From NCBI GenBank assembly GCA_046563655.1, contig CM102290.1:7378001-7442000 (forward strand): a stretch of DNA of 64,000 nucleotides. The letters are read 5' to 3'. The DNA is from Yuukianura sp. NJ FZ-2021. Lineage: Eukaryota. This document shows, piece after piece, positions 26,801-39,564 of this stretch (positions within the stretch are counted from its first letter, which is position 1; every line of letters starts with the position of its first letter). The position numbers and the translations under genes were made by a program. The notes under the pieces are model-generated. The model made no database searches and was not told the origin of the DNA. It saw only the letters and a program-made list of their open reading frames with translations.

Positions 26801-29800
26801 GCCTTAAAGTAGTTTATGATCCCACACTCAGACAAGGAGCAGATTCTCATCTCCTCATAGGTTTTCCCTCCCCAAAGTGCTTTCTCCTCCGTTAAGATGG
26901 ATGGGCTGATGTCTGTTTCCCTTAAATGTCAGAAAGAATTTGGACCAATTCCATCTCACCATTTTTCCTTTTACCAGACGAATATTTGGACAAGATTCAC
27001 ATGGGTAGAAAGTTACTACGGTTTCATACTCGCTAGATTACAGGCACAACTTTCACTTCTTTCTCCAATAGTAGTGGTAAGGACTCCTAACGCGTTGTAT
27101 TTTAGATGAAATCATTTTAGGACATTAATCTACCAAGATTAGCTTCCAACACGAAAAAATCATTTCAAAATTTCAAAATAAAAAAGAAGAAGAAGATTTC
27201 TTGGTTCACGATCTCCGTGTTTTATGACGAGGAACAGCAAAAAACAGAGGAGAAAAAATTTTTTTAGAAGGAAAGAAAGAGTTTTTTTTTCTCCCTTCTA
27301 ATACGTTCTCCAGTTTTCACTTCGTTTCCTCAAGACTTTCAAAATCATTCCAAGATGGAAGAAACTGCGTAAAACTTCCCAAAAAAAGGCTTTTGTCTTC
27401 ACTTTTTTAGAATAAGGAAGAGAAAACTTTCAGTTTTTTAAAACTTTTTTTTCGACTACCCGCTCACTTTTCTTCCCATTGTAGAAATATGCTTCACTTT
27501 AATTAGGAAAGCAAAAATTAGTTGGACAAATTCATTGTTCTCGTTCTTTTAACGTCATATGGGAACCAGAAACTGTGAATAACTTTCTCCTAACCCAAAC
27601 TTTTCACGAGGTTTTTAGTTACGGGGCCACCAATTTAAAATAAAAAAAAAACATCTCAGTTTCAAAAACAGGAGTCAAAACAACAAACACGGGTTCACTC
27701 TAAACCAAAATCGGAACAATAAAATCCTGATGAGTGTAATCCCTCGTTTGATAAAATGTTCTAAATTAAAAACAGTCAATTAGTAATTTTTCTATTAGAA
27801 AGTGCTCCTATTGTGTCTGTTTTGGAAACTTTCACGAGTGGAATCTCAAGTAATTCTGAGCCTAATAAATATTAAAAGTGGTTCCTTAAGAAAGTCGAGT
27901 TGAGCTTGAGTGTTTTGTAATTAAAAAGAAAAGGAAATAATATATTTAGAAAACGGAGGTAGAAGTCTAGGAGGGAGAAAGAGAAGATTTGATTTCAATT
28001 CCAGTCGTAAAGCGCTCGTGCAGGAAGGCATCGATGGGAATCTTGCACTTGTATTAATAGTTGGAAGTCGAGCGACTCGATTCCCTCGCTTGGTCCACTG
28101 GGCCATTTGGGAAATGTAATAAATCAAGGAGAAAGAAGTAGTTGCTACTAGTAGTAGCTGTATTGTGGGGGACCCAATGGAAGAAAGTTGAGAATGGCAC
28201 GAAAAAGAAAGTCAATCTCTCCTCAATGATTACATCTCGCCCAGGCGTTGGAAGAAGAAGAAACAAGGACAAAGACATTCTCAACGAAATTTACAATGCC
28301 ATGCTCTACCTTCAGCAGTCTTTGGTCCCCGTCCCCAGTTCTTGTCAACAACCTGCCCTTTGACAAAGAAATAAATTTGACTTCAAACTAATTTCAAAAC
28401 AAAAAATTAAACAAAATTCATTTTGATTCTGGACTCAAACAATCCCTTTCAGAAAAGTTCTTTTTGAAACTCCAACTAACATCAAATTAACTTTCACTTT
28501 TACAACTGTTTCTAACTGTTTTCCAAATCTGTCACGCCAATGCTACCTTAAGCTTTTTTACAGTAACTATTTTTGTAATTTCTAAGGAATGAATAGCAAC
28601 GGAAGTGGATCAGAGAGCGTTTGGCCTAAAAGAAGCGGCAAACTTTTCTCGCCTTCCGGAAACGAATATGAAACTCTAAGCAAACAGTTGGAAATGAAAG
28701 TTGCAAATATTTAGAGCACAAAACATCAACCGAAAACCATATTAAAGTGACATTAGTGCATCCAGTCTGTGGTAAAAACTTGTGGTTTAATCCTCGGAGG
28801 ATGTGACCTACATCAGTCTTTGCTAAAATTGAAACCTGATTCGCGTTCTCCAATACTTGCCCGGAATTTCTTTAACTTTGGACAAAAGATTCTGGAGTTG
28901 GAATTATCCCAATTTGAGCCAGATTTGGACTCACTTCAAACTAATATTAAACTGCGCTGGAAGGAAAACGCTTGGAAGATTCTATTGTGGACTTTCTCCA
29001 ATGGAAGTTCGATGGGAATGTGCCTACAAGTTAATGATGGTATTAGGTTAGGAGGAATCACTTAAGCCCAAATTCAAAAAGACAAGTTGTAAGTGGGTGG
29101 CGTCCGTGGAACGAAGGTCTAAGCTCTTCTTAGCAACGGGAAAATCAAGTTGTACACTTTCGTATAAACTGAAAGGAGCTATGCCTCTTGTTGTACTTTC
29201 ACTGCAGCGCAGCTCCTCACTGTCACCATTGTCATTATTTCCTCTTAAAACATTTCCATAATCAGGTTATAACTAAAATATTTGGAAGAACGCTCTCCTC
29301 AATTAGTGTCATTTCCTAGTCTGGGAAGACGAGCGGAGTAGGACAGCCTTAGCTTCAACCTCCTGGGCCATCCAGAACACTTTCTCAGCATCTAACCCAA
29401 CCACCATCCCATTTCTAAAACAATGAGGCTCCTCAACTTTTCCAAAAGAGGAAAACTTAGGAAGAAAGTTCAACTTCCATCCTTTGATAACTTTTGGACA
29501 TGACATCACACCCAGTAGTCCCTTAAAAGCGAACCCTAATCAAATAAGGCTCCACAAAATACTCTACGTTTCTTGGCTACAACTCGAAGGTCAAAAGGTC
29601 GAGATGGCTCCTAAAGACATTAGTACAGCATCTTCTCCTTCTTGTCACAACTTTGGAACAGAAATGACATAACTGCGTTTCCGTAATTTTAAAACGAACA
29701 CCTATTTCATGTTAAGGTACGACGAGAATTTTTTGAAAACATTTCCAAAAAAAAAAAAGAAAAAGAAAAGAATTTCTAATATAAATTATTGTCGTTTAAT

Positions 29801-29990
29801 CGTTATTGTTTTCTCATCTGAATAACAGACACATCACTCGCTTGTGTATTTGAATTTTAAGGCGCCAAAATAGACAACCAAAAAACGCAAACAAAACTTT
29901 CGGCATCTCGTCGGCGGCGTCTCCAGTAGCGTTCAAGCTTTACTGGAATTTTCAAGTTTTGGTTTTAAAAAACGATTACTCTTCCACTTC

Positions 29991-31009
29991 ATGGTAGTTT
30001 TCAGCCATTAAATTAGTTAAAAAGTCACAACTGTTAAATGCTTAGTAATTAAACGTTAGTTACATTAAGGTGCCAGGTTGGAAGGAAATGGGAGTCTCAC
30101 CAGTTGTAAGTTGTCTACCTGCCATTGGCCTCGGTGTCATCACACCCATTATCATTAGACGAATTTGGAACTGGACACGCCTAGGTCAACTGAACGAAGC
30201 TAAGTCAACGACTGAGGATTTGCGAGGATCGACATCAATTGATAACTCAGAAGACACTTACGACGAGCTATGGAATACTGCACTTTTCTTTCCGTCCTCT
30301 CGAGTAGATGAACCAAATAGCTCGATTAACAAGCTACTATTCTATTTAAATCAAGCAGAGAAGTCTCTCAAGCTATGCGTGATGACTGTGAACTTTGACC
30401 CAGTCTTTGATATTTTGCTTAAAAAGCATCAGGACGGTGTAGAAGTCCGTTTCTTCACATCATTCCATACTGCCACAGGGGGGAAAGCCAAAAAACTTAA
30501 GAAAAATGGTATGTAATACCAACTGACCTTGTAAGTAGACATTCCATGATTTCATCTGGTGCTGGACATTGACATGAAGGTGGAACGGTTAGTAGTAATC
30601 ACTCCAAGGTGACATGTTGAATGTTGATTTCAGGAGTTGCAGTCCGCAGTCGCCCCAAGACTACGTATTCGACGGAGATGCACAACAAATACGTTATTGT
30701 GGATGATAAAGCCATACTCACGGGATCCATGAATTGGAATTTCGAGGTTAGGAGAGTTGCTGTTAAAACAAAACACGAAAAAAAATACAATAAAGCACAC
30801 ACATAGACACAAAACGAGGCATTAACTTAAACGTATTAACACTCATCTCTCTCTGTGATTTTCAGTCAATCTACCGCCAATGGGAGAACATCCTAATTAC
30901 TAATCACAGCGTAGTTGTACCAAAGTTCATCCAGCATTTTGAACTCATGTGGGCCAATTTCTGGGACGAAAACGTGGATGTCGAAGGAAACAGATTAGAT
31001 GTCCCTTGA
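29991..31009 (+). CDS. PLD6: Zucchini/MitoPLD (PLD6)-family single-HKD phospholipase D/endonuclease, divergent; exons 29991-29993 (ATG only, tentative), 30070-30508, 30634-30746, 30866-31009
   Basis: N-terminal hydrophobic anchor (VSPVVSCLPAIGLGVITPIIIRR). LFFPS...LLFYLNQAEKSLKLCV, HxKxxxxD motif HNKYVIVD, GSMNW, WENILIT and a C-terminal F..HFELMW helix are present. GT-AG introns preserve the frame, and the stop is TGA at 31007-31009. Confidence 0.88.
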
Positions 31010-32578
31010 ACATAATTGACACCTTGTACGTATATATTTTGTTGTATCGCCTTGTTATGGCGCTTTTTTAATTTCCTATAAATCAATCTAAACCTTATAA
31101 ACATCCTTGCGTTCAAAATTTATTCCTCCCTTTGCATGAAATGGCTACATAATGTTAATGTTCACATTTTTAGTTTACATTACTAAAATCCTGAAGGGCA
31201 TTGAGATGATTAATTTTTCTGTGTTAAATTAAATTGACTTCTGAGATTACGGTTTACATCAATTAGAAAGGTGTGACAAGTTGCAGTCTCCATTCTCCAG
31301 AAACACATTGCATGGGCTTTTCAATTCAGCTACACCAGAAAAGTAATACACCGCCTTAACTGCCAACCTTTTAAACATTCTAGTTGAATATTACCTACAA
31401 TTAATTAGTAATACGTTAAAGTATAATACGTGTTCCCCGAAAGCCTAGGTATATCAATGGGAGCAGCCAACTTCCGTTCAGCTGCTAACTGTTAAATCCA
31501 TTTTAGCATTTGAACTGAGAGCATAATAGCGAATTGACTGATCATGTCCTTGCCTCCTGTAATAACTAAACTATAAACTACGTTGCGAGCATATTCCTCT
31601 TGCGATCAGCATTCAATTGTTGAACTAAACTCTGAAAATATTTAGAACGTACTTCTTAATTAATTCCGATTTTAAGATCCGTGGCTTATACAAGTGCATT
31701 ATAAGTATAACCATTAGCTGACAGCTAAATTATTTCCTTCACAAGATTGGATTCACATCTTATTTAAGTTTCACTATAACTCAAATATTATAATCCTATA
31801 ACTCCATATATAAACAAATATTTCTTTGCATATATAAATATGAACTGCACGCATTTTAAATTGATAAGCTTTAAAATTGTCCATCATCAGTCGAGTTTGA
31901 GTTTTAGATTTTTTTCCCTTTAAATTCACATCATAATTTCAATCTTGTAAGTGATTGTTTTAGTTTTTAGTGACTTAAATAGTAGTAGTAAGGTACACAA
32001 CTAGTCTCGGGACCATCCTTTCGATTTGAAAAATTCTAAAACTCTATTCGAGTGATGATACGCAAATATTCACTGAAAAGTCGGCTCCGTTGCCTTCATT
32101 TGTAGTATTTTCGCACTATCTGCCCTGACGAGGATGACTGCCCGAGATAATTAATTAAATTATAAACCATGTGATATACAGTACAAGATTACCGTTTGGT
32201 AAACTACGTCCTACACTTGAATATTTCTATGCTCATGAGAAAAAAAAAGAAACCACAACTGAACCAAAATACTTTTAGGAAAAGATCTTTGTCAATTAAT
32301 CACGAAAGGATTCAGAGGGAAGGGAGTATCCAATACTTTTTCGGATCAATAGGTAGTGAGGGAAAGAGTGCAATTTACGTTATTCCCGACATTCTAAGCG
32401 GAAAAAGTAATTTCCCGCAGAATACTCGGGCTGTAACTCTTCCTGTTCTTAAATTCACGATGACATATTTACCACACAGCATGGCAAATAACAATTCGCC
32501 GTGTGAATTTAAAATCAAGAATTTTGCCACATAAAATAATAATGTTAAAGGTAAGAGTGAAAGGAGGCAGTACCGATT

Positions 32579-35528
32579 TCATTGGCATTGTGGATCACCG
32601 GACGGTGGAGTTGAAGAGTCGGCCGATATTTGATGAAGCTGGAAAGTGAGATGGGTTCTCTTGGCTTGCAGAGTTGAGAGCTGTTCCAGAAGCTGTGTAG
32701 AAATTCTTGTTAGAATCACGTTATCATTCCGTAACTCGTCAACCTCTTGTCGAAGTTCATCCACCGTATTTTCAATGGAAAGCCGAGACTTGCGAAAATT
32801 GTTAAGGTGGTTGATTGGTTCATGGATTGTTTCCGACTTCATCACTAGCGGTTTTCGATAAATAGAGAATGCGCCGCCATGATGAGATGGTGAAAGAAAT
32901 CCTCTTCCAGCAACATCTGGGCCATTGATGTTCAGGTCAGATGATATGGCTGTTTAGTACATAAAAAACACGTTATATTTGACATTTATACAAGAATAAA
33001 ATAACCAATACAGTCCCAGACTTACTCAGACGATTGAGATCCAAAGATGAGCTTCGTACATGCGTTTTTCGCCTCGGCGGCTTAATAACAAATCCATATT
33101 AATTTAAACAGTTACACAAAACACTTAAATATCAGGGCGCGCAGCCCGTATAATTCGTATAATACATTTGTGTATAATACGTGGTATAATACCGTATTTT
33201 TCATGATGTCCCAATTCTAAATACATTGAGCATGTATAATACGTATACAACGATACGTATAATACGATATACTATCCGAAAAATACGGTATTTTACGTGC
33301 CCCGTTTAATATAAACACACACACACAACCAAATACCACATGTAGCGTATTGCCCCAATTCTTTCACAACTTTTGATATTAGTTAACTTACGGGGGGTGG
33401 TGCAATGGTCCCAGTTGCAGAAGTTTTCGGATGTTGACCTGAAAGCTTGGGACGCTGAATGGATTTCAGTTGCAATTGTTGTACTTTTGAAGCACTTGAA
33501 CAGGTATGGTTCGGATGAGAAACCATTAAGTTCTCTTCTGGTGTAGTCAGCCGAACAGGAACAGGAGCTACTAGGCCACTCGTATCACAAGTAGATGAAA
33601 AATTCACTGGTTCATTATCGAACGTTGTCCATTCTTCTGTAAAAAATATTGAAATAAATAAATTCAATTACTAATTGCTACCAACAATTACTGTCACTTA
33701 AGATTGACAAGTTTTACGAGGATATTGTCGAAGTAAAACAAACGTGATGGGGCATTGTGAGAATATGGTTAGACATTGATAGGGGCAATGTAAGCTGAAG
33801 CTGAAACAGCACGTTTAAGTAAATTACACAAATTGGCCTTTCCCTTCATGGTTACCTTTGCTTGACCTCTGAATAGCTTTAAGGCTCAGCTTCTCACTAT
33901 TAGTACCAGCAGGCACACTCTGTGCGGAAATAGAAGCCAAGGTTCCAGGCGCGTTGTTGCCACTCAACTTCTTTGGGGTCGGTCCAAAGGCGTCTGTAGG
34001 CGCTGCATATTGTTCGTGATGATTCTCACTGGACATAGACACAGGTTGAATTCCATTCATTACAATCACTCCACTGTTCGTGCCTGGTGTAGATCCAGCC
34101 GACCCATTCGGAATCCTCTCTGCTACAAATTGTTCTTGATCACGAGCGTGCTTAATCAAACTATTGCGTCGACTATCCCCGAAGTGATCGTAGTAGTCTG
34201 ATGGAATAGGAAGTCCATGTTTTCGCACTACAACAAAGTGCATGGCAATCCGAAATTCATTCAAATCCAGCCAGCCGTCCTCTGTAACATCAGCTAATTG
34301 CCAAATATTCCGCAAATCTTCCAAAGCAAGTCTGCTTTTCTCGAAAAATGGTTTAGCAACCTCTCCAGAAATCTGAAAAAATAAAAGGAATGTCTCACTT
34401 CTCATGAGTCCACTTACTTTAGTATCCAAACTGTTCTCCTTAATGGGTACCAGTCCGTTTGGGTCTGCTTGTAACTGAAGGAATTGTTGTGTATAATATT
34501 CCTTCTGTTCAGGAGTCATTGACCAGATCTTAGTATATGGCAACGCTTCATAACTAATATGTTCTGGAATTGTTCTGCTATTCTCAGTTACACCAGCATC
34601 CGACGCCGAAGAGCAACCATTCGAAGTACCAGAACAATGAGAATCTGAAGATTTTAAATCATCGTGCTCCTGTTCAGCTCCGGAATCTGAAGAAAAGCAC
34701 GATAAATATTAGACAACCCCTTTTTCTCACATTACCCCGATATAAAGGTGACAAACGACCTGAGTTCTCCGAATCCTCCTCCGTTTGAAGTAAGTGACAA
34801 CTCTCTTCATCGTGACTAGTGACATCGTAAACTCCGTCTTTCCCGAGAATTGCCGCTTCAGGAGCTTCGTTTCCATCATCTTCTGTCTCAACCTCATCTT
34901 GACTTGATGAATAGTTGAGAGGCTCCGCTAGCAAATCGAGTAGTGAATTCAAAATGCATCATTATTATTATTGCGGTTGTTCTGACATGCCGAAGAATTG
35001 TACAAGGGGCGATGTGAGACCATGAGCATCCAAGAAAAGTAAACAGCTAATCTATTCGACAACTATCAAAAAGTGTCAACTTTGATCTATATGGCTGTAA
35101 ATGGGTAATTCAAAAGAATTAAGTTTACTACGATACCTGCCAAACGTTATTTTGCATAGCTGAACATAGTACATGTACTAAAGAAGTGCTCGGGTAATGT
35201 CTCGAATCACCCCTGCACAATTCTCCCCGTATCGCGTAGTTGATACGGTGAACAAACCCGACAGATCTATGTGCTTTGATTTGCCATATGAGTCGAAATG
35301 ATGTCGATTATCAATACCTGTTCTAGCATTCGCATTTCTTTCTGAGTCTGAGTTAAGTTCAATTAAGTCCGGACTTTTGAATGGAGTCGAAGCAGGCCAA
35401 AACGAATCTAAAAATCAATAGAAGGTAATCTGTTTGTCATAAGTTGAGACACCCAATAAACGTAGATCGCATTCGTTTTCTTTACCTTGTTGCTGTACGT
35501 GAATAAATTTGGAAATGGGCCCTTCCAT
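32579..35528 (-). CDS. REPS: RalBP1-associated Eps-domain protein (REPS1/2, Reps), multi-exon
   Basis: EH domain WSMTPEQKEYYTQQFLQLQ..ISGEVAKPFFEKSRL..LRNIWQLADVTEDGWLDLNEFRIAMHFVVVRKHGLPIP. REPS-like motifs PVPVRLT and PPRRKTHVRSSSLDLNR (exon 33026-33080), plus a C-terminal coiled coil LRNDNVILTRISTQLLEQL. The putative ATG at 35528 has an in-frame TGA three codons upstream. Probable 5'UTR exons lie near 36735-36828 and 37081-37245. Confidence 0.88.
33133..33304. mobile_element. Degenerate hAT-like MITE in a REPS intron (172 bp)
   Basis: Termini CAGGGCGCG...CGTGCCCCG match at 7/9 as inverted repeats. The 8-bp flanks TTAAATAT (33125-33132) and TTTAATAT (33305-33312) differ at one base. The interior is built of repeated GTATAATAC motifs. 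Confidence 0.65.
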
Positions 35529-38380
35529 TATGGCTCAAGGACCTGCAGACCCTGGATTCTTTCAGCTCCTCTTCTGTGCCTTTGAAGTAATACAAGTGAC
35601 CTGGTAGTTCCAAAGTTCAAATCTGTTCTGAAATTGAAACGAAAAAAAAGTGGTTATGAATCACAGCCATCTGTATTCCAATTTGCTATTCGAATAAAGA
35701 GTAACGACTGTTGACTAAAATCAATATTATCCTTAACAAAAGTTAAGTTTAAACGACATGCGAGGTAACGAATAACGAATAATAACAATTTACTTTTATC
35801 TGGACACGGAATGCAACGGGGAGTTATCGTTATCTGAGAATTCTAAATGACACTAACACTAAAAAGAGAAACGCTGTTACTGTCAATACACCAATTCATG
35901 AATTTGATGAGCAAAAATTGCTATAAAACAGAAGCTAAAGTTAGAATTTCTGAACTCCTGCAAAATGCCTGCAGCCAATACCTAGTTTAATGTGTGCTAA
36001 TAAACTAAACCAGAGTTTTACTATGACTTCATACTTCTTAACGTCAATAACGACCCAAAAATTAATTATTATTTCCGTTAACCACAATTCCACCACGATG
36101 GACATTTAGTCCATTTGGTTTCACTATGAGCCTGACGCACGGTACTCCGTTAACTTGGGCGTAATTATAACCACAAAAACTCCATACTATCTTTAGCTTT
36201 CATGTGATTAACCGATTCCTTAAAACTGGAAAAACAAAATTACCGCAATGATCAACGGAAACGCTACACTGCCTTAAAAGTTCGGGTACTTAGGTTTTCC
36301 TGCCGAGAAATGTCTGTTTTACCCAAAGATACCCCAATCTCACTAAAAGAAAAAGAATTGACTGTTGGTGAAGAATTCTAAAACAAAACACCAAAACGAT
36401 AGTCTTGTCAAAATATGAAGACTGAGTGGAGCACAGCATAGCCAGCCCAATGGCCGATTCAAATCCTAACCTGAGTTGGCTTTCTAAGGTCAAACCAGAA
36501 AACAGTTCAAACCCTATGAACGTGGCACCTTGCCTCTCCCTGTAGGAGTAGTTTAATTGTTATGACAAGTAATAAAATGGAACTTTATCCTTGAGTTTAA
36601 ACCAAGGAATACAATAGAATCTCGACTAGCACAGCACACGTATATCCAGTCAAACGTCATAATCAATCCAGAACTCCTTATTGGTTGTTTCTAATACTGC
36701 TAATCTAGTATAGTAGTAAGCAAGTGAAACGTACCGATGAAATACCAAGTTATGTACGTCCTGCCGGTTTCTGTTTGCGTTCTCCTGCCCCAGTTCTGTT
36801 AGCTCTACAAGGTATTTGTCTCCATCGTCTAAAAAAAATTGTAAGCATAAGTTAGTTTTTAGAACTACCCGCAGTATTGATTAGGTAAACGTATGTATCA
36901 GGCTTAAATTATAGTTTTGTACATGGGTTGGTAATAAACGAAAACAACACACATGAGATATCATACCGTACTGCGGTTAGGTACTGCGACCTTACATAGC
37001 ACACAAACGCGCAATGGCTACGCAATTTCCGCGAAATTGATTTCGGTTACCTAAGAACAATCAATGCAGATAGTACTTACTTATTCCCGTGTAGTTTTGA
37101 TTCAATACTTTATGGTAATATACTGACGGAGATCAGTCGGTAGCGGTTCAACGGCACTCAGTAACTGAGTCAGTAGTAATTGGTCATCACGACTGACATT
37201 AGACTCGGAGTCGGCAAAACCACTGATTGGCAGTATCAACCTTACCTAAATCAACGTCAAGGTACGGTATTCGCTCGTTGTTGTCGTTAGTTAAACTGTT
37301 GTTTACACTCTACTAATCAGTAAAGCTGTGTAGTAAGTAGCAGAAGGTTCTGAATTTGCACACGGAAAGACACAGATTGAAGGAGATTCAGCACGGCCAC
37401 ACAGAGAAACAAGCGATAGACAGAAGTCGGCAACACTCTTTTCTTTGTTCCCTTCAGAGAACAAACGTTCCGAACTCACTACTCGTGAGCAGATGTTTCT
37501 TGTTTTTTTTTTGCTTTTACCGAGAAACAAGCAAACATAAGATTCATGTTTTCTGTTTTATTATTGTAGAACTTGTAGAATTGTCCGGTTTTGGCTATTT
37601 TGTTTTATTGTAAAAGAACTGTACCGCGGATCAGGAAAAATATCGTTTTAACCGCTAATCGAGTCTCTGAGCAACTTCAAAAAAAAAAATTTTTTTTTTG
37701 TTTAAAAACACTCATGGGCATATTTGTTCGTTTTCACTCAAATCAGATCCCTCCACAGAGGAATTAAAATTTCAACACGGTGATTCGTCTTACGTGCAAA
37801 CATACATACAGTTGTCCATGTCATAGTGATGTACTTGTATTTGAAAGCAAAGTTCAACAGTGACACCTTGGATGGAGAAGGATGGAATAGGACGGACGAC
37901 GCTTAACGGTATCAAAATTCGCAAAATGGGATTGCACAGTTCTCTTTTTAATCAAAATTCAGGAACCCACGTTGTAGCCTAAAAGCAACGATTATTCGCG
38001 ACTACTTTTTTTATCGGCTGTAACTTCCAAACGTTAGTTAAATGATTAAAGAATTAGATAAAATAATGGTAATAAAATAATAATTCATTATTTCGACAGA
38101 ACAAACTCACATGTTCTGTAAACACAATCCAATTATTTGAGGTCTTGTTCGTCACTCCTTATCAGGTAATAAATGATTGTGTAAATGCTTTAAAAGTATG
38201 CCTAGAGGAACGGATGACGTTTCCAGAAAGGCTTCACAATCGGGGTTTCTGGCTTCCTCATTGGCTCGTTTATGGCAACCTCAGTTCCGTCGCAGAATAC
38301 AACGATTTACTGAACGCCATGAAGCTATTTGGAAATCGTTGGGTTATTGTATCACCCACATATTTTTCGTTTGACTTTAT

Positions 38381-38800
38381 GTGATGTCACCGCGATAGGT
38401 CAAGGGTGAAAGGCCACAGGTCATTGTGTCAAACATCAATCGACCGCATTTGACCTCCCCTTTTGAATGATATATCACATGTCTATGTTCCGCTTAATTC
38501 TGTGTGAGGTCACCGATCTGGGTCAAAGGTCAAAGGTCAAAGGTCAATATGTCACACTTCAATCAACTTCATTTGACCTCTCCTTTCAAATGACGTTTCG
38601 CTTGCCTGTGTTTGGTACGATTTTGTGAGGTGATGAACCTGGGTCAAAGGTCACGGATCAAGATGTAACATAGCCCACGGTCTTTGGGGGGACCTCACGA
38701 AGAAAACGACACGTCATTTGTCTAAAGCCGCCCAGTAGTTTCGGAGATGAAGAGGAACAGACACACAGATAAACAGGGTCTCGATTTTATATAAGTAGAT
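38381..38800 (+). mobile_element. Helitron/DINE-like non-autonomous element with an internal ~122-bp tandem repeat (left end undefined)
   Basis: About 2.3 copies of a ~122-bp unit start at 38381, 38504 and 38625. The 3' end GTAGTTTCGGAGAT...CAGACACACAGATAAACAG...TTTTATATAAGTAGAT resembles the microsatellite-plus-TAGAT ends of insect non-autonomous Helitrons. Confidence 0.55.
38520..38546 (+). promoter_or_regulatory. Four tandem nuclear-receptor half-sites in DR1 spacing
   Basis: GGGTCA-A-AGGTCA-A-AGGTCA-A-AGGTCA read directly from the sequence, with another GGGTCAAAGGTCA at 38641-38653. Function is not shown. Confidence 0.35.
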
Positions 38801-38810
38801 CTTAAACCAA

Positions 38811-39184
38811 AACTAGACTAACCTAGCATTCGCTGCAGTTCATAAGCTCAGTAACCTAACCTAGCCTGCAAATGTGATCACTATTTTCAACTTATTTTAT
38901 TATTGAAACTTATGATGAAAGTCGTTTGGTTATTTGAGGAGTCCACGTAAACCTGAATGCAGATTGGAGTTCCGCACCTTGAAATTAATCTATAAAATAA
39001 ATTTCGTGCAAATCGGTTGCCAAAAAAAATTCGACAAACGTTGTTTAAAAAACTCGAAAAAGTGGTTTCCGCGGATAATTGTTTTGATATTTGTGTTCAG
39101 CACCCTCAAATTAGTCAAAAAAAATTTCATGCAAATCCGAGTTTACCAAGAACCCTGTACTTTTACCAAGGTTTATAGTAGTAG
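38811..39184 (+). mobile_element. Second Helitron-like fragment directly adjacent to the first
   Basis: It starts AACTAGACTAACCTAGCATTCGCTGC and ends TTTATAGTAGTAG. It contains two diverged copies of GTTC(C/A)GCACC..AAATTA..AAATTTC(G/A)TGCAAATC, at ~38968 and ~39095. Confidence 0.4.
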
Positions 39185-39564
39185 CAAGTATTTTTTTTCA
39201 CTAATCTTCAAACAGGTGAGCGCTCAACGTAAGTGGAAGTGGAAATTTGCCGACGTCTGGTGAAATAAAAAAAAACTGTGCCGAGAGAGTTGGTCTAAAC
39301 GAAGTAAAATCATACCCCGGTAACTTGTAATAGTATTAGAGAGGTTCACTTTTTATACGGTAAAACTCGGTGGTTAAAAATGAACACCTTCTAAATGTAA
39401 TTATTAAAATTGATTTACCGGTGGCACAAAAATTGTTTTTCATCAACAACTGAACTCAGGTTTATAATAAACTTCATTAATTTAAGACGGTGGCTTCTAT
39501 CTTTTCTGGACATAGAATTTAATCCAGGCGTTGACAAAGAAAATGAATCTTTTTAATTCAAAAG

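Noticed and set aside
28005..28363. GC-richer stretch with ORF 28142-28363 that looks exon-like
   Set aside because: No frame stays open from the nearby acceptor, there is no recognisable homology, and no partner exons were found.
2936..29672. Dozens of 60-160 aa ORFs in the ORF track
   Set aside because: They are F/L/K/S-rich, often start at non-ATG codons, show no recognisable domains and have no consistent splice-site framing. This is what chance gives in AT-rich non-coding DNA.
38145..38384. 79-aa ORF next to the Helitron-like repeat as a possible transposase/RepHel fragment
   Set aside because: No Rep, helicase or DDE motifs are visible and it has no ATG start.
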